NCBI GenBank assembly: GCA_034717975.1
Contig: JAYEMF010000025.1
Location: 1 to 21,761 of the forward strand
Direction: 5' to 3'
DNA: 21,761 bases
From: Campylobacterota bacterium
Lineage (GTDB): Bacteria > Campylobacterota > Campylobacteria > Campylobacterales > Sulfurimonadaceae
Shown: one piece after another, positions 1-7,957 of the stretch
How the letters are laid out: every line of letters starts with the position of its first letter
How positions within the stretch are numbered: position 1 is the stretch's first letter
The notes under the pieces: model-generated
Seen by the model: the letters and a program-made list of their open reading frames with translations, nothing else
Told to the model about the DNA's origin: nothing
The model's database searches: none
Translations under genes and position numbers: made by a program

Positions 1-295
1 AAATTGTGATAACATTGTCATAATTTAAATTTATTGACAATATTAGATAAATAGAAAAAATCTCTTTATATACCTCCTGCCAGACAAATTTTAGAACAAA
101 TAGTGAAATTATCAAAGAGTTTTTGACTGTATGGTTAAAAAATAATTTTATCTGTTAACTATAGGAAAATTGAATTATTAACTTTTCTTAACTATAAGAT
201 AAATTAATTTATTTACTATTTTGTAATAATTATTTTTTTTTATATTTATTTAATTTTTACACATGTAATATTCCTGCAATCCGGATGGAGAATCT

Positions 296-1735
296 ATGCT
301 TAAGGGTAATTATATGCAAATGAATCGTCGTGATGTATTGAAGTTAGGTGCAGTAGGTGCAGCCGCCACAGTGGCAGCAGCAACACTTACTGGTTGTTCA
401 GGAAAAGGTGGAGCTGCGTCTCCGGAAGCCGGTGCTGCTGCAGGTGGTGCCAAGATGCTTGGCAAACATCAGATAGTTGTTATTGGTGGTGGTATCGGTG
501 GTCTAACTGTTGCCAACAATCTCAAGAAAAAGAACAAAGATGCAGATGTTCTTGTGATTGAAAAAAATGATACCTTTATGTCTTGTCCTGTTTCTAATAC
601 ATACCTCGGCAAATGTGAAGGTATGACACTTAAAACGTTTGTTTTCGATTATGCGCAACCGATTGAAAAACATGGTTATAACTTCCTCTCTGCTGCAGTA
701 AATGGTATTGATCGTGCTAATAAGGTTGTTCAGACGACAAGTGGTGCGGTAGGTTACGATATCCTTGTTCTCTCGCCGGGTATCGCCTATAACTACGAAG
801 CTCAGTTCCCTACATGGTCTAAAGAGAAGATTGCACATGTTAAGCGTGTAGCTCCGGCTGCATTGGTACCAGGTAGCGAGCATGTTATACTTGAACGTAA
901 TCTGAATGACATGGAAGATGGTGATGTAATCATTACTATCCCATCAGGCAAATTTCGCTGTCCTCCGGCACCTGCAGAACGTGCATCTATGATTGCTTCC
1001 TTCATGGAACAAGAGGAGATCGAGGGTAAAGTTGTCCTGATGGCCGAGGGCGGCGGTTTCGCTAAGAAAGCTGCTTTTCTTGAGTCTTGGAAAGAGATCT
1101 ATGGCGACAGAATCGAATTTCTTCCATTCTCCAAAGCGACAGATGTAGATCTGAAGAAGAAGGTCCTGACATACGTACAACAGGTCGACACTGGTAAAAA
1201 AGATGAAGATGGCGATCCGATTATGAGTGCCGTCACAAAAACACGTAAGTATGAGGTCCTGAACCTTATTCCACTGAATAAAGCAAATCCGGTCATTGAA
1301 ATGGCAGGACTTGAAACAACTAAAGATACTTTCGGGAAAGTCAAAATGAATGGCTGTTCTTTCCAGACAAAAACCGATGCTGATGTTTACGCTGTCGGTG
1401 ATGTTGTTGGACACGCTATCCCGCCAAGTGGTCAGACTGCGAACTGGGCCGGTAAAGAGTGTGCCAGAGAGATCTCTGCACGCCTGAATGGTAAAACCTA
1501 TAAACTTCCGGTTGAAGCTGCGCCGGTCAAAGCCGGTAATGTCTGTTACTCAATGGTCGGTACTTCACCTGAAGAAGCGATCATGGTTACACACGATTTC
1601 AGCTGGACAGGTGCGGTTATCAAAGGTAAAGGAAACGTTCCTAAAGATGCTAAAAGCGGTAAGTACCGTTCAAAAGGGACGGCTAAAGCACTGCGTGACT
1701 GGTATCGCGGTCTTATGGGTGATCTTTTCAGCTAA
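296..1735 (+). CDS. fccB: Flavocytochrome c sulfide dehydrogenase flavoprotein subunit (FccB/SoxF family), predicted Tat-exported lipoprotein
   Basis: Tat motif NRRDVLK followed by lipobox LTGC. Rossmann motif VVIGGGIGG; MSCPVSN (Cys at the FAD-attachment position of FccB); RCPPAPAERAS and GNVCYS (the two redox Cys motifs); VYAVGD. The start could be 296 (GGAG at 287-290), 314 or 320 (AAGGG at 302-306). Confidence 0.85.
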   Translation: MLKGNYMQMNRRDVLKLGAVGAAATVAAATLTGCSGKGGAASPEAGAAAGGAKMLGKHQIVVIGGGIGGLTVANNLKKKNKDADVLVIEKNDTFMSCPVSNTYLGKCEGMTLKTFVFDYAQPIEKHGYNFLSAAVNGIDRANKVVQTTSGAVGYDILVLSPGIAYNYEAQFPTWSKEKIAHVKRVAPAALVPGSEHVILERNLNDMEDGDVIITIPSGKFRCPPAPAERASMIASFMEQEEIEGKVVLMAEGGGFAKKAAFLESWKEIYGDRIEFLPFSKATDVDLKKKVLTYVQQVDTGKKDEDGDPIMSAVTKTRKYEVLNLIPLNKANPVIEMAGLETTKDTFGKVKMNGCSFQTKTDADVYAVGDVVGHAIPPSGQTANWAGKECAREISARLNGKTYKLPVEAAPVKAGNVCYSMVGTSPEEAIMVTHDFSWTGAVIKGKGNVPKDAKSGKYRSKGTAKALRDWYRGLMGDLFS

Positions 1736-1749
1736 GAAGTTTTTTAAAT

Positions 1750-1895
1750 TATACGCCATAGGAACAAAGTCCCTATGGCTACGCTTATCCGGTGCCAACC
1801 AACATTTTACGCCAACAAATGGCATAAAACACACGTGGCACTGAACACACGACGGCTAAGGCTGCTTCGGCAGCAAGCCCTCGCACCCTTGGGTT
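1750..1895 (+). ncRNA. Candidate structured intergenic RNA / repeat element (multi-hairpin)
   Basis: Stems 1755-1762/1772-1779; 1791-1797/1836-1842 enclosing 1805-1814/1820-1829; 1854-1857/1876-1879 enclosing GCTGC-TTCG-GCAGC (1861-1874, a cUUCGg tetraloop). No credible ORF. Confidence 0.45.
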
Positions 1896-1920
1896 ACTTA
1901 ACTAAACAGTTTTCACTTAT

Positions 1921-1979
1921 GTTTTAAAGATTTATATAAAGAGTGCTTCCGAAAGTACTTTTTGTAAAGTCTTTACAAC
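1921..1979 (+). promoter_or_regulatory. Long hairpin directly upstream of the Rieske gene RBS
   Basis: 1925-1948 pairs with 1953-1975 (loop CCGA, one bulge, four G-U pairs that form only on the + strand). RBS AAGGAG follows at 1985-1990. Confidence 0.55.
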
Positions 1980-1994
1980 TTAAAAAGGAGTCTT

Positions 1995-2723
1995 ATGGAT
2001 AGAAGAAATTTTCTAAAAGTTGCCGGAGCAACTGGCGCGTTGGTTGCAGTTTCACCTTCATCAATTACGCAAAAGCTCTATGCAAGTAATGGCATGATGT
2101 ATACTGCGTATGAACGCGTTCAGCTGGTTGATGGTAATGGTGCCCCCATTAAAGCGAGTCAGTTGAAAAAAGAGATCAACTATGTCTTTAATTACCCGCA
2201 TGTAGGGACACCTGCACTTTTGCTGAACCTGGAAGATGCAACAGCCACAGATGTAAAGCTGACTGCAGAGACAGGTGAGGAGTATGTCTGGAAAAGCGGT
2301 GTTGGAAAAGAGCGAAGTATCGTTGCTTATTCGGCGATCTGTTCACACCAGTTGGCGCACCCGACACCAAGTGACAGTTTCTTGCAATATGTTCAGAAAA
2401 CCAAAAAAACGATGGCTTATGATACAGGGGGTGTCATCGTCTGTTCATCCCACCTTTCGGCATTTGATGCAAAAGCGGGTGCCAAACGCCTTTCAGGGCC
2501 AGCTGTTGATGCCTTGGCTTCTGTTGTGATTGAGGTTGCTGATGATGATTCTGTCTGGGCAGTCGGTGTACTGGGAGTAGACCGCTTCCATGATTACTTT
2601 AAATCATTTAAACCGGAATTTAAAGAGTTTTACGGCGGCAAGCGCAAGGCTAAGAAATTGGTTAAAATCAGTGCTAAGACAGTCGTGCTTAACGAGTACA
2701 CCAAAGAGATCATTCAATACTAA
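1995..2723 (+). CDS. Tat-exported Rieske [2Fe-2S] protein (atypical, long inter-box insert)
   Basis: Tat signal MDRRNFLK; box 1 YSAICSHQ and box 2 IVCSSHLSAFD; C-terminal GPA motif; strong RBS AAGGAG. Confidence 0.85.
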   Translation: MDRRNFLKVAGATGALVAVSPSSITQKLYASNGMMYTAYERVQLVDGNGAPIKASQLKKEINYVFNYPHVGTPALLLNLEDATATDVKLTAETGEEYVWKSGVGKERSIVAYSAICSHQLAHPTPSDSFLQYVQKTKKTMAYDTGGVIVCSSHLSAFDAKAGAKRLSGPAVDALASVVIEVADDDSVWAVGVLGVDRFHDYFKSFKPEFKEFYGGKRKAKKLVKISAKTVVLNEYTKEIIQY

Positions 2724-2733
2724 AGAGGGATAG

Positions 2734-3144
2734 ATGAAAATAGTAAAAGCAATAACAGTTGCTGCACTGATAAGCAGTAGTTTTTTATATGCTCAGACCG
2801 ATGGAAAGAAGAGTCAAATGGCTAAGGACATGGGTTCTATGCTTGGTGCAATGTCGATTATCCAGACAGGCGGTTTTTATAATAATAGCAAGATGATGAA
2901 AAAAGGGGTGATTCAATTAAAAGAGGGACTTACCTCTTTGCGTGCTGCCAATGCAAAAGACTACCTTCCTCATGATCAGGAGTATGCCAACAGATTTGCG
3001 AAGAAGCGTGCCGATATGATTGCCATGTATGCGGATGATCTCGTGACCTCTCTTGATGATAAAGATATGGATTCGGCGCTTGAAAACTATTCACTGATTA
3101 TGAAACAGTGCTCGTCGTGCCATCTTCGTATCAGAAGTTGGTAA
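2734..3144 (+). CDS. Periplasmic monoheme class II cytochrome c (c'/c556-like four-helix bundle)
   Basis: Sec signal (MKIVKAITVAALISSSFLYA), helical Met/Ala/Lys-rich body, single CSSCH five residues from the C-terminus. RBS GAGGG; 10 nt gap after the Rieske stop. Confidence 0.75.
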   Translation: MKIVKAITVAALISSSFLYAQTDGKKSQMAKDMGSMLGAMSIIQTGGFYNNSKMMKKGVIQLKEGLTSLRAANAKDYLPHDQEYANRFAKKRADMIAMYADDLVTSLDDKDMDSALENYSLIMKQCSSCHLRIRSW

Positions 3145-3157
3145 TAGGTATGTTTAA

Positions 3158-3182
3158 ATAAGCCGGTCATAGGCCGGCTTAT
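3158..3182. terminator. Probable bidirectional terminator between convergent cytochrome c and fliO
   Basis: ATAAGCCGGTC-ATA-GGCCGGCTTAT hairpin in a 46-bp convergent gap. Confidence 0.7.
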
Positions 3183-3190
3183 CCTCTGTT

Positions 3191-4042
3191 TTATGCTTCG
3201 AAATTAATTCCCGAAGCCTTCTCTTTGTAGCTGTCAAATGGCTCTTGTTTCTGCTTATCGATCTGTAAGAAGCTGTCGAGTTCCTGGTTTTTATCTTTTA
3301 GCATAGAGTCAAACTCATTCTCTGTTACCGGCTTTTGACCGTTGAATTTATCGAGCAGCAGATTTGAACTGCCAATGACAACGAGATAACTCTCATCCGC
3401 ATAGTCCATCATCACAACACGGTTTTTCTGATCAAGGGCTTTTTGAAAACGGATCGTGACACCATCGGGTTTCTCTTTTTTAGCGCTGCTGAAGAGCCAT
3501 GGTTTTGAAGTGCCCTCAGATGTTGAAGCAGAGATCTTGCGTTTAAGAAGAAGCAGGATAATAATTCCGATGATCAAGATGGCTATAACGATGTAATAGC
3601 TCTGTGTGTACTCATCCTCCGGTTTGGTCGGTAGCTTGGCGGTAGTCTGTGCGGCTGGAGCCAGAGTATCTGTTTTAGCACTGGCAGCAGCTTTGGCAAA
3701 ACGCAGACGCAGGCCATAAGCATCAGAAGTTTTCGACGCTTGCAATATAACGCTTCCCGGGACTGTTGCAATGATCTGTGTGTGTGATCCGACCGGGGTG
3801 ATTGCGAGTTTACTGAGAAATGGTGAAGAGACTTTTTTTAGTTTAGGTGATTCAATTGTGGCTGAGTCGAGTTTGATGATGATCTTTCCGCTTTGTCTGC
3901 TCTGACGAATGTTGCCATTATAGGGCGTATCGAAGGTTAGCATGATATCGGCGCGGTCGGTACGGTCATAGACATTGTAACTTAGGATTTTGGAGGCCAG
4001 GAGCAGTGATGGGAGTAACAGTATTAAGGCAAACAGTCTCAT
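3191..4042 (-). CDS. fliO: FliO-like flagellar export protein, Campylobacterota long form (signal peptide, periplasmic AMIN-like domain, TM, FliO domain)
   Basis: Signal peptide; single TM (YYIVIAILIIGIIILLLL); FliO-like segment RFQKALDQKNRVVMMDYADESYLVVIG. ATGA overlap with the fliN stop; the fliN-fliO order matches Helicobacter/Campylobacter. Confidence 0.7.
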   Translation of the reverse strand: MRLFALILLLPSLLLASKILSYNVYDRTDRADIMLTFDTPYNGNIRQSRQSGKIIIKLDSATIESPKLKKVSSPFLSKLAITPVGSHTQIIATVPGSVILQASKTSDAYGLRLRFAKAAASAKTDTLAPAAQTTAKLPTKPEDEYTQSYYIVIAILIIGIIILLLLKRKISASTSEGTSKPWLFSSAKKEKPDGVTIRFQKALDQKNRVVMMDYADESYLVVIGSSNLLLDKFNGQKPVTENEFDSMLKDKNQELDSFLQIDKQKQEPFDSYKEKASGINFEA

Positions 4043-4383
4043 AGACGCTCTTTTGAAAGATAATAGAGAACAGCACTCGAATCGAGGACCTCATTGATAC
4101 GGATGGCAAGATTTTTCTCAAAAACCATTACTTCACCTTTACCTATGATTCGGCCATTGACATAGGACTCAACACTTTCACCGGCAGGTTTTTCAAGGTC
4201 GATGACTGATCCTTTTTGGAGCTTAAGGATATCGGCAACACTCATGCTTGTCTCTCCAAGATCGGAGATAAAGTTAACTTCCATGTCCAGCAGACCTTCA
4301 TAGTCCATCCAATCGAGCTCAGCCTTCGGGTTAAAATATTTAATTTCATGCTCTTTTTCGGTTTCCGTCAGTTCATCAGCCAT
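4039..4383 (-). CDS. fliN: Flagellar motor switch protein FliN
   Basis: SpoA domain: LLDMEVNFISDLG...ILKLQKGSVIDLEKPAGESVESYVNGRIIGKGEVMVFEKNLAIRI. Confidence 0.93.
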   Translation of the reverse strand: MADELTETEKEHEIKYFNPKAELDWMDYEGLLDMEVNFISDLGETSMSVADILKLQKGSVIDLEKPAGESVESYVNGRIIGKGEVMVFEKNLAIRINEVLDSSAVLYYLSKERL

Positions 4384-4386
4384 TTT

Positions 4387-4809
4387 CTACTGTTCCTTGA
4401 TGGCGATCATAATCGCTTTGTCATCGATAGTTATTGTCTTGAATGCATCGGAAGAGAGATCGAAATTTCCATCTTTTTCAAAATGAGGTGTTGAGATGGT
4501 GAAGTTAAGATCACTCTCTTCAGCGGCAAGCACTTTGGCACTTCCAATGATCATATTGGCGGTCTCAAGCGCCATGTCCTGTAAAGTCTCTTCATCACTC
4601 TCATCTTCACCCAGAAAAAGCTCTGCAATCATCTGTATCATAGCTTCATTATAAGCCGTATAGATACGATAGTTCGCTCCATCTTCTTTGGCTATGTCAA
4701 TATAAGCAATTAGTGTTCTCGTTTCTATTTTTTTATCCGAGAGGGTATGTGGTTGGCGTATTTGATGAATACAAAAATTCTCTGCTGCTTTCGCCATTAA
4801 CGTGATCAT
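4387..4809 (-). CDS. CheX-like chemotaxis phosphatase domain protein
   Basis: CheC/CheX-type E-x-x-N motif (DMALETANMIIGSAK) followed by ISTP; lies upstream of fliN. Confidence 0.7.
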   Translation of the reverse strand: MITLMAKAAENFCIHQIRQPHTLSDKKIETRTLIAYIDIAKEDGANYRIYTAYNEAMIQMIAELFLGEDESDEETLQDMALETANMIIGSAKVLAAEESDLNFTISTPHFEKDGNFDLSSDAFKTITIDDKAIMIAIKEQ

Positions 4810-4842
4810 ACGGCTTCCTGTCTCTTAACTTGATTAGGAAAG

Positions 4843-4848
4843 ATTATA
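4843..4848 (-). promoter_or_regulatory. Putative sigma70 -10 box for cheX-fliN-fliO
   Basis: TATAAT on the - strand about 35 nt upstream of the start at 4809. Confidence 0.45.
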
Positions 4849-4963
4849 CGCAATGGAATGTTTGATTTGTCTTAGGGATATATTAGACCTCTTGCAGGGA
4901 GCTTTGTTGCACTATTAAAGTTTATTTTGATTATTCTGTATATGTAATTCATTATTTATGCAC

Positions 4964-4989
4964 TATAATGGAAGAAGTTAATAAAGGAG
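4964..4989 (+). promoter_or_regulatory. Putative -10 box and RBS for the chemoreceptor
   Basis: TATAAT 4964-4969 after an AT-rich tract; AAGGAG 4984-4989. Confidence 0.5.
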
Positions 4990-4995
4990 TTTATA

Positions 4996-7128
4996 ATGTT
5001 CCGCAACCTCTCCATCAGCAAGAAAGTCCATATTCCGTTAATTGTGGCGATTGTCCTGGGTTTTATCATCATCGTTGTGAACTATTTTATGTCGATTGAC
5101 GAAATCCGAAAAGATGTTTATAGCGAACAGAAGAGTGAGCTTGGCTCTTTTTTTGAAGAAGCGATGTCAGCCAAGGCCAATATTGGTATAACCAATGCTA
5201 TCAATATCAGTCGAAACAGTGCAGTAGTCACTGCTTTGACAGCGAATGATAGAGAACTGGCTATAGAAAGCTTTTCTACGCTGATGAAGGATTTCAAAAC
5301 ACACACCAAGTATCAAAATATCAAAATCCATATTCACGATAAAGATGTCAGGAGTTTTTTGCGCGTATGGAAACCTCAAAAGTTCGGTGATGATCTACGT
5401 GGATTCCGAAAGACGATAGTGAGTGTTAAACGGGATCAAAAGCCGATCGTCGGTATTGAACTGGGCGTTGCGGGGTTGGTAATGCGCGGGCTTGCCCCCG
5501 TCTTAAAAGATGGAGCATATATCGGTTCTGTAGAGTTCATGCAGGGGCTTAACTCCATTGTCAAAGATGCCAGGAAAAAATTTGGGACAGATGTCGTCAT
5601 TGTGATGGATAAACGTTATCTCTCCATATCTAAAGGATTGGCATCAGCACCGGAACTTGGTGATTTTGTACTGGCGGTACGCCCGGGCGTAATTGACCAG
5701 AGCTACTTTACATCGCTGAAAACCATCGATATCAGAGATACCAAAAAAGCTCATCGAAACGATACTCACCTAGTGGTCTCATCCCCTATTGAAGATTTTT
5801 CCGGAGCTGTTGTGGGGTATGCTCTGGTTGGAAAACCGCTTGCGGTAGTTGAACAGGTGATCGCCAAATCGGAAGACTCCTTGATGAGGCAGGTTCTTAT
5901 TATGGCGGTGATGGATGTGGCAATTTTGATCTTCCTGATTATTGTAATGCGTGTTGCCGTATCAGCACCGATCCGCCATCTTGATGAAGTTGCCAGGGAG
6001 CTGGCTGCGGGAGATGCAGATCTCTCGAAGCGGCTCAAAGTTGAATCTAATGATGAGATAGGCAAAGCTGCTGCAAGTTTCAATATTTTTATTGAGAAAG
6101 TAGAAGAGATCGCCAACAGGGCAAAAGATGAAGCCGAGCATGCTGTTGAAGCCCAGCATCAGACAGAACACCAGATGCACAAAACGGACCTGATGCTTCA
6201 TCTGGCAGAAAATATGGTCAAAGGTTCCAATAACAATGCGGTACAGCTTCGTGAAAGCATGCATAACAATATGGCCAGTGTGCATGAAGTCAATGAACTT
6301 AACCATCAAACGGAAAATGTCATCAAAGAGGTTAATCTTCATACGGATGAGATTATCAATACGATCAATCGTATCGTTGAAATGATTGACGATACCCGCA
6401 GCAGCTCTGAGCATCTCAATCAAAATGTAGAAGAGATCTTTAACGTTATCTCATTGATCAAGGATATTTCCGATCAGACCAATCTTCTTGCCCTGAATGC
6501 TGCCATTGAAGCAGCACGTGCCGGTGAACATGGGCGCGGTTTTGCCGTTGTTGCAGACGAAGTCCGGAAACTTGCAGAACGTACCCAAAAAGCGACCAGT
6601 GAGGTCGAAGCCAATATCAGTGTCCTGAAGCAAAATTCGGTCTCAATGCTCGAAAACAGTGAAAAAGTGGAAGAGTATGCCACCGACTCTAACAGTAAAC
6701 TTGATGAGTTTAAAACAACCCTTGAAAACCTTGTTGGAAATGCGACGGAGATCAAAGAGGACAATGTTGAAATCGCACATGAGATCTTTGCCAATATCGT
6801 TAAACTTGACCACATGCTCTTTAAAAACAGTGCGTACAGTGCTGCCCTCGATGAAAATGGCGTCGAGTTGAGTGATTCGACAGCGTGTGATTTTGGGAAA
6901 TGGCGTCAGGGTGCAGGGCAGAAAGAGTTTGGTGATACAGATGCGTTTAATATGATGGATAAACCGCATCGCAGCGTGCATGAAAATATGAAACAGGCTA
7001 TGGCGATTATCGCATCCGGGCATATGATTGAGAAGAGTGATGAATTGATCAAACTGTTCAATTATGCTGAAGAGAGCAGTCAGCAACTTTTTGATCTTCT
7101 TAATAAAATGGTATCTGAAAAGAAGTAA
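4996..7128 (+). CDS. Methyl-accepting chemotaxis protein: TM-Cache(double)-TM-HAMP-MA-CZB
   Basis: Two TMs flanking a ~270-aa periplasmic Cache-like region; HAMP ([15 protein letters not shown]); signalling hairpin [41 protein letters not shown]-terminal CZB motifs DHMLFK, CDFGKW, PHRSVH. Confidence 0.93.
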   Translation: MFRNLSISKKVHIPLIVAIVLGFIIIVVNYFMSIDEIRKDVYSEQKSELGSFFEEAMSAKANIGITNAINISRNSAVVTALTANDRELAIESFSTLMKDFKTHTKYQNIKIHIHDKDVRSFLRVWKPQKFGDDLRGFRKTIVSVKRDQKPIVGIELGVAGLVMRGLAPVLKDGAYIGSVEFMQGLNSIVKDARKKFGTDVVIVMDKRYLSISKGLASAPELGDFVLAVRPGVIDQSYFTSLKTIDIRDTKKAHRNDTHLVVSSPIEDFSGAVVGYALVGKPLAVVEQVIAKSEDSLMRQVLIMAVMDVAILIFLIIVMRVAVSAPIRHLDEVARELAAGDADLSKRLKVESNDEIGKAAASFNIFIEKVEEIANRAKDEAEHAVEAQHQTEHQMHKTDLMLHLAENMVKGSNNNAVQLRESMHNNMASVHEVNELNHQTENVIKEVNLHTDEIINTINRIVEMIDDTRSSSEHLNQNVEEIFNVISLIKDISDQTNLLALNAAIEAARAGEHGRGFAVVADEVRKLAERTQKATSEVEANISVLKQNSVSMLENSEKVEEYATDSNSKLDEFKTTLENLVGNATEIKEDNVEIAHEIFANIVKLDHMLFKNSAYSAALDENGVELSDSTACDFGKWRQGAGQKEFGDTDAFNMMDKPHRSVHENMKQAMAIIASGHMIEKSDELIKLFNYAEESSQQLFDLLNKMVSEKK

Positions 7129-7151
7129 GCCGTTTTCGAGGTCTTCTTGAG

Positions 7152-7157
7152 TATAAT
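7152..7157 (+). promoter_or_regulatory. Putative -10 box for TSUP-uvrA
   Basis: TATAAT followed by GC-rich CGCGCC, 56 nt upstream of the ATG at 7214. Confidence 0.5.
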
Positions 7158-7213
7158 CGCGCCATTTTATTAGAGGCTCTGTTACTTCCGGGGCTTTTGA
7201 TTATAGGCTTTGA

Positions 7214-7957
7214 ATGGTTATTGAACTCACTTTATTGGGTGCCGGTGTCGGGATACTCTCCGGTTTTTTCGGTATCGGCGGCGGAACGATTCTGGTTCCT
7301 GCACTTCTGCTGATCGGTTTTGATATGAAAACAGCGATCGGTATCTCGGTGCTTCAGATGGTATTTGCATCGGTTTACGGAAGTTATCTCAACCTCAAAA
7401 AAGGCACACTCAATATCAAGATGGTGTTGACCATCGGGATCGGTGGTTTTATCGGGGCACTGGCCAGCTCAACGATCGTTGCCAATATTGATGCGGCTAT
7501 CCTGGAATGGATCTTTCTGGGCTTTGTCCTTTTTGCCTTGGGACGACTCTTCTTTAAAACCAGGGAGCATCAGGATACGCGTGAAGTCAATCCTGTACTT
7601 CTTTTTCTGATCGGCCTGTTCATTGGCGCTTTTTCTATTTCAATAGGAGTAGGGGGATCGATCCTTCTGGTCCCGCTCCTGGTTGGTTTTTTACATGTTC
7701 CGATCAAAAATGCCATCTCGGCGGGTCTCTTTTTCGTCGTCTTCTCTTCACTTTCAGGCTTGATCAGTCTCTCAGCAAAAGGGATGATCGATTATGAAAA
7801 AGGGGTGTTGATCGGTATTGCTTCGATGGTGGGTGTTGCCATCGGTATCTGGCTAAAACACCGAAGCAGTGATCTGCTTCAAAAACGGCTGCTGATACTC
7901 TTTTACACAGTGGTCGCACTCTATCTTCTTTTCAGATTGGTAACAAATGGACAATAA
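7214..7957 (+). CDS. TSUP (TauE/SafE sulfite exporter family) membrane protein
   Basis: About 8 TMs; internally duplicated motif GFFGIGGGTILVP / SIGVGGSILLVP; overlaps the uvrA start by 11 nt. Confidence 0.88.
   Translation: MVIELTLLGAGVGILSGFFGIGGGTILVPALLLIGFDMKTAIGISVLQMVFASVYGSYLNLKKGTLNIKMVLTIGIGGFIGALASSTIVANIDAAILEWIFLGFVLFALGRLFFKTREHQDTREVNPVLLFLIGLFIGAFSISIGVGGSILLVPLLVGFLHVPIKNAISAGLFFVVFSSLSGLISLSAKGMIDYEKGVLIGIASMVGVAIGIWLKHRSSDLLQKRLLILFYTVVALYLLFRLVTNGQ

Noticed and set aside
2..25. Imperfect inverted repeat AATTGTGATAA-CA-TTGTCATAATT, vaguely CRP/FNR-like
   Set aside because: At the window edge in very AT-rich DNA, and the spacing does not fit TGTGA-N6-TCACA. It cannot be distinguished from chance.
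73..78. Perfect AGGAGG Shine-Dalgarno on the - strand
   Set aside because: No ATG/GTG/TTG at a usable distance downstream, so no divergent gene is called.
1488..1844. 118-aa + strand ORF extending into the structured spacer
   Set aside because: Out-of-frame overlap with the fccB 3' end, no RBS and no recognisable motifs.
1750..1895. tRNA, CRISPR array or hammerhead ribozyme interpretation of the structured spacer
   Set aside because: No cloverleaf or T-loop, no regularly spaced direct repeats, and CTGAACA does not match the hammerhead CUGAnGA core with a correctly placed GAAA.
4850..4945. Possible sigma54 (TGGAAT...) or sigma28 (TAAAG...) flagellar promoters for the MCP
   Set aside because: No GC at the -12 position for sigma54 and no CGAT-type -10 for sigma28. 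A plain TATAAT explains the region.
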